The translations under genes and the position numbers were made by a program. The notes beneath the pieces are model-generated. The model saw only the letters and a list, made by a program, of their open reading frames with translations. It was not told the origin of the DNA and did no database searches. Source: a virus (taxonomy: Duplodnaviria; Heunggongvirae; Uroviricota; Caudoviricetes). From it: a DNA stretch of 41,043 bases. The stretch lies in IMG/VR virus record IMGVR_UViG_2563366998_000006. One strand, written 5' to 3'. Position 1 is the first letter of the stretch. Each line of letters opens with the position of its first letter. Shown here piece by piece: positions 1-8,405 of the stretch.

Positions 1-1284
1 TTACTTCTTCGCCTCTGCAACCACTTTGCTACCCACGCCGCGGTTATTGTATTCCCACATGCGGTTGTAGTTAGTGTCATTCAGATTGCGTTGTATTTCG
101 TCGTTATCATCAACGCTGCCGGTGTTACCCGCAAACGGACGATTAGAGATCACCGCATCAGCCCAGGGTTTGGCTGTGTTAAAACCTTCGTTGATGGCGC
201 TATCACGGATCACCACCTGACCGTTGGTATTGGCATCAACATCCAGCGAGCGACCCAGTTGCGCCACGCCATCACCGGAAGCATTGAAACGGCTGTTTAC
301 GGCGAGGAAACCGTAATAGATGTTAGACAGCGTAGCCGGTGCAAACACATACGCTTCTTGCTGAGTACGTGAGTTCACCACGCGGAATTCGGTGTTATCG
401 AACACCACTGCGCCGCGACCAGAAACGATATCCACATCCCCTTCAATGTAACTGTTGGTCACCAGAGTACGCGGCTGACGGTTGGTTTCCAGACGGTTTT
501 GCACACCACTGTTGGTGACAAAGAAGGTATTCTGACGACCGAGAATGTTGACGTTATTGATCTGCACTTTGTCACCATCAGTACGCAGTGCCACCGCCGG
601 ATGGTTACCCGCATCTACGCTATCGCCCAGCGTGTTTTCGATGGTCAGATTTTGCAGTTGCAGGCCATTGTTTTGTGACCAGAAGACCGCAGAGCAGAGA
701 ACACCGATACTGTCGCTGCGTTTGCTCTGGCAGCTATCGTACATATACCACGCTGGTTTACCTGGCATATATTTGCCGCGCGGGTTGACGTCGTGACGCC
801 AGTCGGCAGGGCTCATGCCCCCATCAAGGGAAAGCCCAATCTTCACATCAATCGGTTTTTCACCTGTACCGTACAGAGTAATTCCACCCGGAGCGGCAGG
901 GACATACACCGTTCCCTGATACTCACCAGGCATCACGGCAATATACTGGCGCTTGTTGGTGCGCTTGATAATTGCCGCATCTACCGCCGCCTGAATCGTG
1001 GTATGCGTTACACCTTGAGTACCCGCCGGGCCGACAACAAAGTCAGGTTGCGCAGGCAGGGTAATCGGGGAAGGATTCCACGCTGCCGCACCTGGTGTCA
1101 GGGATGCAAAATAGTGTTGAGCATCGAAATTCTGCGCTTCTTTTGCCGACAGAATCGGGCGAGAAGAGGTACCAGGCGCGGTTTGATCAGAAGGACGTTG
1201 ATCGGGCGGTGTTGAGCTACAGGCGGTCAGCGTCACGCCAAAAGCCAATGCCAGCGCCAGACGGGAAACTGAAAATGTGTTCAC
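1..1284 (-). CDS. ybhC: YbhC-like outer-membrane lipoprotein (pectinesterase-family putative acyl-CoA thioesterase); host gene bordering attB-lambda
   Basis: Complete 427-aa ORF ending at the window edge; N-terminal signal peptide with lipobox LTAC; recalled as E. coli YbhC, which flanks the lambda attachment site. Confidence 0.85.
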   Translation of the reverse strand: MNTFSVSRLALALAFGVTLTACSSTPPDQRPSDQTAPGTSSRPILSAKEAQNFDAQHYFASLTPGAAAWNPSPITLPAQPDFVVGPAGTQGVTHTTIQAAVDAAIIKRTNKRQYIAVMPGEYQGTVYVPAAPGGITLYGTGEKPIDVKIGLSLDGGMSPADWRHDVNPRGKYMPGKPAWYMYDSCQSKRSDSIGVLCSAVFWSQNNGLQLQNLTIENTLGDSVDAGNHPAVALRTDGDKVQINNVNILGRQNTFFVTNSGVQNRLETNRQPRTLVTNSYIEGDVDIVSGRGAVVFDNTEFRVVNSRTQQEAYVFAPATLSNIYYGFLAVNSRFNASGDGVAQLGRSLDVDANTNGQVVIRDSAINEGFNTAKPWADAVISNRPFAGNTGSVDDNDEIQRNLNDTNYNRMWEYNNRGVGSKVVAEAKK

Positions 1285-1330
1285 AGGTTGCTCCGGGCTA
1301 TGAAATAGAAAAATGAATCCGTTGAAGCCT

Positions 1331-1345
1331 GCTTTTTTATACTAA
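1331..1345. other. attL: Lambda-type attachment core (attL): bacterial arm on the left, phage P' arm on the right
   Basis: Exact core GCTTTTTTATACTAA at 1331-1345, followed by GTTGGCATTATAAAAAAGCATTGCTTATCAATTTGTTGCAACGAACAGGTCACTATCAGTCAAAATAAAATCATTATTTG running into the 3' end of int. Confidence 0.85.
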
Positions 1346-1418
1346 GTTGGCATTATAAAAAAGCATTGCTTATCAATTTGTTGCAACGAACAGGTCACTA
1401 TCAGTCAAAATAAAATCA

Positions 1419-2489
1419 TTATTTGATTTCAATTTTGTCCCACTCCCTGCCTCTGTCATCACGATACTGTGATGCCATGGTGTCCGACTTATGCCCGAGA
1501 AGATGTTGAGCAAACTTATCGCTTATCTGCTTCTCATAGAGTCTTGCAGACAAACTGCGCAACTCGTGAAAGGTAGGCGGATCCCCTTCGAAGGAAAGAC
1601 CTGATGCTTTTCGTGCGCGCATAAAATACCTTGATACTGTGCCGGATGAAAGCGGTTCGCGACGAGTAGATGCAATTATGGTTTCTCCGCCAAGAATCTC
1701 TTTGCATTTATCAAGTGTTTCCTTCATTGATATTCCGAGAGCATCAACATGCAATGCTGTTGGGATGGCAATTTTTACGCCTGTTTTGCTTTGCTCGACA
1801 TAAAGATATCCATCTACGATATCAGACCACTTCATTTCGCATAAATCACCAACTCGCTGCCCGGTAACAACAGCCAGTTCCATTGCAAGTCTAAGCCAAC
1901 ATGGTGATGATTCTGCTGCTTGATAAATTTTCAGGTATTCGTCAGCCGTAAGTCTTGATCTCCTTACCTCTGATTTTGCTGCGCGAGTGGCAGCGACCGG
2001 GTTTGTTGTTATATGGCCTTCAGCTATTGCCTCTCGGAATGCATCGCTCAGTGTTGATCTGATTAACTTGGCTGACGCCGCCTTGCCCTCGTCTATGTAT
2101 CCATTGAGCATTGCTGCAATTTCTTTTGTGGTGATGTCTTCAAGTGGAACATCAGGTAGCCCCCTCCTTATTGCTTTAATTTTGCTCATGTAATTTATAA
2201 GTGTCTTCTGCTTGATTCCTCTGCTGGCGAGGATTTTTTCGTAGCGATCAAGCCATGAATGTAACGTAACAGAATTATCACTGTTGATTCTCGCTGTCAG
2301 AGGCTTGTGTTTGTGTCCTGAAAATAACTCAATGTTTGCCTGTATTGCTTCAGTAATTGCTATCCTCCTGTCTCTGCCTAATCCGAACTCTTTACCCGTC
2401 CTTGGGTCCCTGTAGCAGTAATATCCATTGTTTCTTATATAAAGGTTAGGGGGTAAATCCCGGCGCTCATGACTTCGCCTTCTTCCCAT
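1419..2489 (-). CDS. int: Lambda-type tyrosine integrase Int
   Basis: 356-aa translation (MGRRRSHERRDLPPNLYIRNNGYYCYRD...) essentially identical to phage lambda Int as recalled; adjacent to attL. Confidence 0.95.
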   Translation of the reverse strand: MGRRRSHERRDLPPNLYIRNNGYYCYRDPRTGKEFGLGRDRRIAITEAIQANIELFSGHKHKPLTARINSDNSVTLHSWLDRYEKILASRGIKQKTLINYMSKIKAIRRGLPDVPLEDITTKEIAAMLNGYIDEGKAASAKLIRSTLSDAFREAIAEGHITTNPVAATRAAKSEVRRSRLTADEYLKIYQAAESSPCWLRLAMELAVVTGQRVGDLCEMKWSDIVDGYLYVEQSKTGVKIAIPTALHVDALGISMKETLDKCKEILGGETIIASTRREPLSSGTVSRYFMRARKASGLSFEGDPPTFHELRSLSARLYEKQISDKFAQHLLGHKSDTMASQYRDDRGREWDKIEIK

Positions 2490-2685
2490 TTCTGATCCTC
2501 TTCAAAAGGCTACCTGTTACTGGTCGATTTAAGTCAACCTTTACCGCTGATTCGTGGAACAGATACTCTCTTCCATCCTTAACCGGAGGAGGGAATATCC
2601 TGCATTCGCGCACCCATCGACGAACTGTTTCAAGGCTTCTTGGGCGTCGCTGGCGAGCGTTCCACTCCTGAAGTGTCAAGTACAT
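2467..2685 (-). CDS. xis: Excisionase Xis
   Basis: Internal Met of the 102-aa ORF gives the 72-aa MYLTLQEWNARQRRPRSLETVRRWVRECRIFPPPVKDGREY... matching lambda Xis; 3' end overlaps int start as in lambda. Confidence 0.9.
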   Translation of the reverse strand: MYLTLQEWNARQRRPRSLETVRRWVRECRIFPPPVKDGREYLFHESAVKVDLNRPVTGSLLKRIRNGKKAKS

Positions 2686-2799
2686 CGCAAAGTCTCCGCA
2701 ATTACACGCAAGAAAAAGCCGCATTGATGCGGCGATGGTAGGTCTGGATATCATTGAGCAATGAACAGGCCTCATCGAGTGTGAGGCTGTATGGCTCTA

Positions 2800-3144
2800 T
2801 TATTTCACCTCTTGTTGTGACATTGTTGAAAAATGGATACCAGCTCGTTGCTGCCAGATGATCCAACCGAGAGTCATATCCCATGCCATGTATTCGTTAT
2901 CGCCGTTTTTTGCTCTCCGACGATCGACTGTTTTACCGAAACGCTTTTCCATAAATAATTCATAGGCTGCGCGTTCATCTGGCTCAACTTCCAGAGATGC
3001 CAGTGCAATCCGTGCCAGTTCTAAATCATTTTCAAGCTCAGCGCGAATCTCAGCGAATGCACTCTGTGTTAAGGCGAACTCAATGCTCTGCACTTTATTC
3101 CGTGCGCGCTCAAGCAGTGCATGGTAGTTAATTTCGGTTGTCAT
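2800..3144 (-). CDS. Hypothetical early-left protein
   Basis: 114-aa ORF; ATG overlaps the stop of the upstream gene (ATGA), consistent with translational coupling; no family recognised. Confidence 0.5.
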   Translation of the reverse strand: MTTEINYHALLERARNKVQSIEFALTQSAFAEIRAELENDLELARIALASLEVEPDERAAYELFMEKRFGKTVDRRRAKNGDNEYMAWDMTLGWIIWQQRAGIHFSTMSQQEVK

Positions 3145-4019
3145 ACCCCTACCTCTTCGAATTCCAATTCCAATTGATCACCCCAGATTTCACATGACTC
3201 TGAACACGAGCCGGTATCGAATCGCCTGGCCTGTACCATCGCCTGATACAAATTTCTGTAGTCGCTGTTGGCAGACATTCTGGCAATTCCGTCAAGCGTC
3301 AGGTGACCACGGTACATAATGTCTTTACCTGTTCTGCGATGACCATCCCTGACGTGTTTGCCTGTAACCAGCTCATTAAAAACTCGCATCAGACCTGGTT
3401 CGTCTTTACATGCAAGCCCCAGCTTTTGCGTTGACTTTTTGATGCAGAAAACACAGTTCCCGAGATGCTCCGGGATTTGCAAATCAAAAGGTTGTTTTCG
3501 CCACCACCGGATAACATCCGACTTATCAAAATCTGACAGCTCGGCAAGATACCGGACGCCCGATTTCGGTTTCAGCCTACGGGGTTCGTCTGCACGAATA
3601 CCCAGCCATGTGATGTAATTACCTCGCCCGAAATGGTTATCGCAGTATTTCGTGAAAGGGATGAGTTTTAGCCTGTCAGTACAGAACGCGCCGCCGATGT
3701 ATGGCGTGCCGTACTTTTTAACCATGTCCATAAACGGTTTAAGCACCGGCATTCGTGTCTGAATATCCGTTGGCTCCCATTCTGTATAACCATTTGGCTG
3801 CCCAAGCTCAGGATTTATATCGACCTGTAACACAGTTAGTGGTATGTCCCAGAACTTCACAACCTCCCGGATAAAGCGGTATGTCAGCGGATGTTCGCAA
3901 CCGGTATCCATAAAGATGTAGCAGACGTTATTGCCAGCCTTTCTTTGTTCTTCCATCAGGTGAACAAGATATGCGGATGTTCTCCCGCCAGAAAAACTAA
4001 CTACATGAGTTATGCACAT
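3141..4019 (-). CDS. PAPS-reductase-family (PP-loop ATP pyrophosphatase-like) protein
   Basis: 292 aa; N-terminal PP-loop-like motif VVSFSGGRTSAY; family is common in lambdoid early regions. Confidence 0.75.
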   Translation of the reverse strand: MCITHVVSFSGGRTSAYLVHLMEEQRKAGNNVCYIFMDTGCEHPLTYRFIREVVKFWDIPLTVLQVDINPELGQPNGYTEWEPTDIQTRMPVLKPFMDMVKKYGTPYIGGAFCTDRLKLIPFTKYCDNHFGRGNYITWLGIRADEPRRLKPKSGVRYLAELSDFDKSDVIRWWRKQPFDLQIPEHLGNCVFCIKKSTQKLGLACKDEPGLMRVFNELVTGKHVRDGHRRTGKDIMYRGHLTLDGIARMSANSDYRNLYQAMVQARRFDTGSCSESCEIWGDQLELEFEEVGV

Positions 4020-4546
4020 TTGCGTAATTCCGATAACTCGTTGAAGCGTTCCATAAACATCCCGTAGGCATGGCCCGGTGCCAGTGGAATAACTTTGAAC
4101 ATCTCTGTTGCCGGGATACCTTCCAGTACTGGCCAGAAAGAGCCATCATCAAGCCCGAGATCGCGGCGTTCAGTTGCCAGCATGATGAGATCGGCATATT
4201 TCACGGGTGTACTCATAACTGGGGGTAACCCGTATTTCTCACGGATTACGGCGTCTATTTTTTCTTCCATCCGTTTATAGTCAGGAAGAAGGCGTTTCAG
4301 TGGCGCCGGGATGTCCTGGCAATACGCTTCTGTTGCATCATGCATTAACGCTTCAAAAGCAAATTCCTGCGGCACCAGTTGGCTGCAAAGCACCGCATGT
4401 TGGGCGACGCTGTAGAAATGTGAAAGATGTCCTGCAAAGCGACAGATATTTGAAAGGGAAACCGCGATATCGTTAATAACGATGTCGTCTTGATTTATCT
4501 TGTCATAATAAAAATGCTTCCCGGAAAAAGTTTTAATAAATGACAT
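4010..4546 (-). CDS. HD-domain phosphohydrolase (YfdR/YfbR-like 5'-deoxynucleotidase family)
   Basis: Start placed at the internal ATG (MSFIKTF...) preceded by GGAGA; 178 aa; H...HD motif (AQHAV...LMHDATEAY). Confidence 0.7.
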   Translation of the reverse strand: MSFIKTFSGKHFYYDKINQDDIVINDIAVSLSNICRFAGHLSHFYSVAQHAVLCSQLVPQEFAFEALMHDATEAYCQDIPAPLKRLLPDYKRMEEKIDAVIREKYGLPPVMSTPVKYADLIMLATERRDLGLDDGSFWPVLEGIPATEMFKVIPLAPGHAYGMFMERFNELSELRKCA

Positions 4547-4673
4547 TTTGTTCTCCACGTATATGCGCTGCACCGCGCTGAATTCTGGTAAAAGGAAGTC
4601 CTCACCATCCGGCGATTATTGAGTTAATTACGTTTCCATAAATTCCCCCGCAGGGGCATTTGCAGTAATGAAA

Positions 4674-5498
4674 TCAGGCGGTGAAAGTACCAATAAAGGT
4701 TTCTACTTTGCTGTCTTTGAATTTCTCAACAAGCAGATCACGAAATTCGTTAGCCATTTCTTCCTGCACCGCTTCCAGCTGAATAATGCGCAGAACCAGT
4801 ACAGGACGATCGCCAGTGATAATGCTGAGGCGTAATTTAAATGGACGTTCTTTCAGGCCTTCAAACGGAACGCATTTAAATTCAAATGCCACTGGCATAA
4901 TGTCTTTGGTCTTCGCTTCGACAGACTCCATCAGGGAGCGTTTGCCGCTGAAGTCATTATCTTCAAAATCAGCGGTCTGGTTCGCTTCAATTGTGATTTT
5001 ACGGATAGCCGCCGCCGCTTTGGTTGCCTGAATGGCGTCACCATTAGCATCAAAGCCCACAAGGTAGTCGGCCCAGTCTTCAATCCATTCTGCCAGTGAT
5101 TTCTGGGAGTTACGCTCGCCATTAACAGACAACAGAGCAGAGAACGGTGCTGTCTTTTTCAGTTTGAGAGTGGCGGTGTTATCTGCGTGACCTGGTTCAT
5201 CAATAGTACCCAGGTTAAGCACACTGACGGCACGCATATTATCAGCATCGATAAAGCAGCGGGTGCCTTCATCTGCAAGATCTTTAGAATAACGGGTAAA
5301 GTCATCGATGCTGGCAGTGGAAAGCGCACCACGGAAACGGAAGCGATTTAAATTAAATTTTTCCAGATCATGAATGCGGAAATTCTCAGGCAATGCCACA
5401 GCATCGGCACCAATCTTACTGATAATTTCATTAACACCCTGAGCAGAAATAAGGGCATGGATTTGATTAAATGCGGTTGCGTCTAAGTTTTGAGACAT
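4674..5498 (-). CDS. YfdQ-like (DUF2303-type) prophage protein
   Basis: 274-aa [23 protein letters not shown]...; recalled similarity to CPS-53 prophage YfdQ. Confidence 0.65.
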   Translation of the reverse strand: MSQNLDATAFNQIHALISAQGVNEIISKIGADAVALPENFRIHDLEKFNLNRFRFRGALSTASIDDFTRYSKDLADEGTRCFIDADNMRAVSVLNLGTIDEPGHADNTATLKLKKTAPFSALLSVNGERNSQKSLAEWIEDWADYLVGFDANGDAIQATKAAAAIRKITIEANQTADFEDNDFSGKRSLMESVEAKTKDIMPVAFEFKCVPFEGLKERPFKLRLSIITGDRPVLVLRIIQLEAVQEEMANEFRDLLVEKFKDSKVETFIGTFTA

Positions 5499-5563
5499 AA
5501 TAAGTCCTCACTATATTAAGATATTCAGTGATGAGATAAATAATCGGTTAATTAAGAACGATA

Positions 5564-5926
5564 TTAATGACCTGCTGCGCGGAGTTTTCCGTCAGGTTCA
5601 CCGGCAAGAGTCAGTAATTGTCCCTGGTCTTCCTGCAGAATAGTCAGGCGACCACCGCGATTGACATACATCGGCGTTTCGGTGGTGTCTTCTTCGGAAA
5701 TTTTCCCGCGGTTAGTCGGGCGAACATATGAGAGTTTGTGTTTGATTTTCACACGGTTTTCATCAAATGGTTCGATTTCCAGGTTGAGTGAGACCTTACC
5801 TTTGGTTTTCGTGTTCATCACACCGGAAGCGACTTCACTGAGAACTGCGCCGATTTTGGTTTCAAATACGCCGCCGTCCAGCTCCCCGATAAATGCCTGC
5901 ACATCAGTACTGCGTTCGCTAGCCAT
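5564..5926 (-). CDS. YfdP-like hypothetical prophage protein
   Basis: Start at the internal ATG (MASERSTDVQAF...) preceded by GAGGAG; 120 aa; the upstream in-frame extension is Arg/Cys/Pro-rich and looks non-coding. Confidence 0.6.
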   Translation of the reverse strand: MASERSTDVQAFIGELDGGVFETKIGAVLSEVASGVMNTKTKGKVSLNLEIEPFDENRVKIKHKLSYVRPTNRGKISEEDTTETPMYVNRGGRLTILQEDQGQLLTLAGEPDGKLRAAGH

Positions 5927-5974
5927 TTTGCTGCTCCTCATCATATCGACCCTGCAAGGTCGGTTAGTTTCTCC

Positions 5975-6063
5975 ACAAAACAGAGAAGAACACCTGCGGT
6001 GACTGCCGCCCGGATGGATTGGGTTATGAGCCCGTCGTCCGGTGATGCTCTTCTCTGTTTTGT
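5975..6063. repeat. Perfect 15-bp inverted repeat (ACAAAACAGAGAAGA / TCTTCTCTGTTTTGT) enclosing a 59-nt GC-rich loop; part of a structured non-coding block
   Basis: Arms at 5975-5989 and 6049-6063 are exact reverse complements; a further 9-bp inverted repeat CGGTACCAG/CTGGTACCG lies at 6072-6108. Confidence 0.6.
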
Positions 6064-6327
6064 AAAAAGGACGGTACCAGCCGGAAGCAAGGGTACAAAC
6101 TGGTACCGCCAGGACTACACACAGCATAAAGTTGTGGTGCCGGGTGCCTCCCGGTGCCTGGCGAAGGTTGCACACCAGGCGGGTGGGTATCCACAGAAGG
6201 TCGACTGTCAGCCTCAACCTTAACCCGCGTGCGCTGAGCCGCATTCACCACAACGCTAAGGATTCTCTCTGGTTGAAAATACTTAGCTGTTATGTGCCTG
6301 CTTTTAGCCACATCAGGCGAGGTGGAC

Positions 6328-6379
6328 CTGGTTATTCCCCAACAACAAGGATTCGGTTAATCTGGTTATCCCCAACAAC
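6328..6379. repeat. Direct repeats CTGGTTAT(T)CCCCAACAAC x2 upstream of the orphan plus-strand gene (putative regulator-binding sites)
   Basis: Copies at 6328-6346 and 6362-6379, ending 16 bp before the ATG at 6395. Confidence 0.5.
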
Positions 6380-6394
6380 GCAAAAGGAAAAGAA

Positions 6395-6829
6395 ATGTCC
6401 GGTAATATCTATACGCTGTACAAATCCCACTGTGAAAATGTTGGAAAGTATCGGGGCATTGAAATCAGTGGGGTAGTGTCATCAGTCGAAATAAGCAAAG
6501 TTGAATCAAGGGCAACATTACTTACTCTTCTGGACCTTGTCTTAAATGAGCACCGGAAGAAATTCGGCACACCCTATAATCAGTTGAATGGGAAAAAGGC
6601 TCTGGTTCACCTTATTCTGATGAAGCATCACTGGATGCCAAAACAGATTAATGAGATGAAATTTGATGAACTTCTTCTTTCAATTCAGGATGAACTCACG
6701 CTTGATAAAATAAGTGTAACCGCCCAGAAATTTTTAGATTATCGAGACTGGAGATCACAAATTCATCACTTTGATGATTTTGACGAAAATGAATGGGATC
6801 CTAATTTGTCTGCACAATATCTAAAGTAA
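6395..6829 (+). CDS. Hypothetical AT-rich orphan protein (accessory gene antisense to the early-left operon)
   Basis: 144-aa ORF with AAGGA RBS 7 nt upstream; visibly AT-rich compared with its neighbours; acidic C-terminus; no family recognised. Confidence 0.5.
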   Translation: MSGNIYTLYKSHCENVGKYRGIEISGVVSSVEISKVESRATLLTLLDLVLNEHRKKFGTPYNQLNGKKALVHLILMKHHWMPKQINEMKFDELLLSIQDELTLDKISVTAQKFLDYRDWRSQIHHFDDFDENEWDPNLSAQYLK

Positions 6830-7007
6830 CATCCTGTGATAAAACCGTGATTTCCTGATCCAGTTTTTTTAAGGAGTCTATTGTTTCCTGTCGATAAGAC
6901 AGCACTTCACGAAGCTGGTTTATAGCTGCCAGCTTCTTTGTCATCCACTCATAAATTTCCTCATCTGTGTAGCCAGGCGCGACGATTTTTGGTTCTGTTT
7001 TGTGCAT
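6801..7007 (-). CDS. Hypothetical small protein, first ORF of the leftward early operon
   Basis: 68 aa from the internal ATG (MHKTEPKIV...) with strong RBS GAGGAGG; 3' end overlaps the 6395-6829 gene convergently. Confidence 0.45.
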   Translation of the reverse strand: MHKTEPKIVAPGYTDEEIYEWMTKKLAAINQLREVLSYRQETIDSLKKLDQEITVLSQDVTLDIVQTN

Positions 7008-7067
7008 TTCACACCTCCTCAAGTTATCAGTTACTTGTTGATGGGGACCAGATTGTTAAAGAGCGAA

Positions 7068-7090
7068 GCGTCCTATAGGGCGCTTTTTTT
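7068..7090 (+). terminator. Intrinsic terminator-like hairpin plus T7 run
   Basis: GCGTCC-TATA-GGGCGC stem-loop (one G-U pair) followed by TTTTTTT on the plus strand. Confidence 0.5.
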
Positions 7091-7263
7091 GTTGCTAACG
7101 AATCATCCGGTCATTCATACGCCACCGGCGGCTACTTCGTGGGCGTCCTGCCTGTTCGTTTTTGACATTTACTGACCTCTTACGACACATGCACCGTGCA
7201 CCGTGTTGCAACCAGATTTTGTTGTAATCCTGTAGTTGGTCTGGAACAAAAGATAAAATTAAA

Positions 7264-7300
7264 TTGCGAGATATGCAAGTAATATTTGCGAAATATGCAA
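7264..7300. promoter_or_regulatory. OL-type operator pair (15-bp sites TTGCGAGATATGCAA and TTGCGAAATATGCAA), presumed pL region
   Basis: Two near-identical 15-bp imperfect palindromes at 7264-7278 and 7286-7300, sharing the TTGCG...GCAA pattern with the sites between cI and cro. Confidence 0.6.
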
Positions 7301-7310
7301 AACGGTGGGT

Positions 7311-7334
7311 AATAAAAAGCCACCTTTCGGTGGC
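7311..7334 (-). terminator. Intrinsic terminator downstream of cI
   Basis: On the minus strand: GCCACC-GAAA-GGTGGC hairpin followed by TTTTTATT, 20 bp after the cI stop. Confidence 0.55.
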
Positions 7335-7354
7335 CGATGGATGGGATATTGAGG

Positions 7355-8047
7355 TTAATTATGTCTCTTAAGGGTTTGCGACTGACTGATTAAGACCTTT
7401 CCAAAGACCATAAATCGGTGTTCGTTTTCGCTAGTAATTCCCCATTCACGGTAAATCTGGTTATCAGAAATCACCAGCAGTTTGTCAGGAATCATTTGAA
7501 GTCTTTTAACGTATATTTTGTCATCAAAACCAAAGACATATATACCATCACCATCAAACTGATTGATGCTGACATCAACGAAGATGAGATCTCCTGGCTC
7601 AATGGTTGGACACATACTGTCCCCACGAACGTTGATAACTTTGATGTGATTGGCTGGTCGTCCGCCGAACATTGATACAGCATTATCAGTTCTGTATTCG
7701 ATGGCATGAATCACATCAATGACATCACCGCCCTGGATAAGGCCATTTCCCGCACTGGCACTGATATCCAGCATTTCAATACGGAACACATCCTTCACCT
7801 GCGCAACATCCTCATTATTACTGTTTTTATATACAGTATTACTTTTGAGGGCAGAGGTAAAGAGATCAGCAATATCAACACCTAAGCTCTTGGCAATATT
7901 ACTCAGTGTTTGTTCGGTAAATTGTTTTTGCTTACCCGTTTCTAAGCGCGAGATGTTCGCCGCATCTACTCCTATTGCTTCAGCGAGATCGGCGATTTTC
8001 ATGTTCTTCGCTTGGCGAAGTTGTCTGACTCGGTTTCCTATGTTCAT
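7355..8047 (-). CDS. cI: CI-type prophage repressor (N-terminal HTH, C-terminal S24 LexA-like peptidase domain)
   Basis: 230 aa; HTH segment IADLAEAIGVDAANISRLETGK; C-terminal S24-like region (VRGDSMCPTIEPGDLIFVD ... KRL); divergent from cro across an operator-rich intergenic region. Confidence 0.85.
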   Translation of the reverse strand: MNIGNRVRQLRQAKNMKIADLAEAIGVDAANISRLETGKQKQFTEQTLSNIAKSLGVDIADLFTSALKSNTVYKNSNNEDVAQVKDVFRIEMLDISASAGNGLIQGGDVIDVIHAIEYRTDNAVSMFGGRPANHIKVINVRGDSMCPTIEPGDLIFVDVSINQFDGDGIYVFGFDDKIYVKRLQMIPDKLLVISDNQIYREWGITSENEHRFMVFGKVLISQSQTLKRHN

Positions 8048-8067
8048 GCGTTTATTACATTTCTTTA

Positions 8068-8130
8068 TTGCGTGATAAGCAAATCAACTTGCGCAAAATA
8101 ATTGCGTGAAATAACATGCATAACGCGCAA
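8068..8130. promoter_or_regulatory. OR-type operator cluster between cI and cro (presumed pRM/pR region)
   Basis: TTGCGTGATAAGCAA (8068-8082), TTGCGCAA (8089-8096), TTGCGTGAAATAACA (8102-8116) and reverse-orientation TTGCGCGTTATGCAT (8116-8130). Confidence 0.6.
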
Positions 8131-8144
8131 TATTTGGAGGGTAT

Positions 8145-8405
8145 ATGCAATCACCATTACGAAATGTGCGTAAGGCGCATGGTTTCACTTTGCAGCATGT
8201 TGCTGCGGGTGTTCAAGTCAATCCAGCGACGTTGAGTCGTATTGAGAGGCTGGAGCAGATTCCATCTATCGAACTTGCAGAACGTTTAGCCAATTTTTTT
8301 AAGGGTGAAGTCAGCGAAATGCAGATTCTTTATCCGGCACGTTTTCAATCTAGCCAAAACCAGAATGGGTTTAAACCACAGGAACAGGAGGTAAGCCGTG
8401 GGTAA
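8145..8405 (+). CDS. cro: Cro-like HTH regulator
   Basis: 86 aa, divergent from cI; HTH-like segment FTLQHVAAGVQVNPATLSRIER; GGAGG RBS. Confidence 0.75.
   Translation: MQSPLRNVRKAHGFTLQHVAAGVQVNPATLSRIERLEQIPSIELAERLANFFKGEVSEMQILYPARFQSSQNQNGFKPQEQEVSRG

Noticed and set aside
1095-1316. 73-aa plus-strand ORF
   Set aside because: Antisense overlap with the 5' end of ybhC and its promoter region
2702-2884. 60-aa ORF between xis and the 114-aa gene
   Set aside because: Overlaps the 3' end of a better-supported gene and has no RBS
5927-6311. N-terminal extension of the yfdP-like ORF (to 6244) and the 95-aa minus ORF at 6024-6311
   Set aside because: Translations are Arg/Pro/Cys-rich with no RBS; a well-placed ATG plus GAGGAG RBS at 5926 gives the expected 120-aa protein, so the region is treated as non-coding structured DNA
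5927-6394. Retron (msr-msd) or tRNA in the structured non-coding block
   Set aside because: No reverse transcriptase gene adjacent and no tRNA-like T-arm/anticodon arrangement; left as an unassigned structured region
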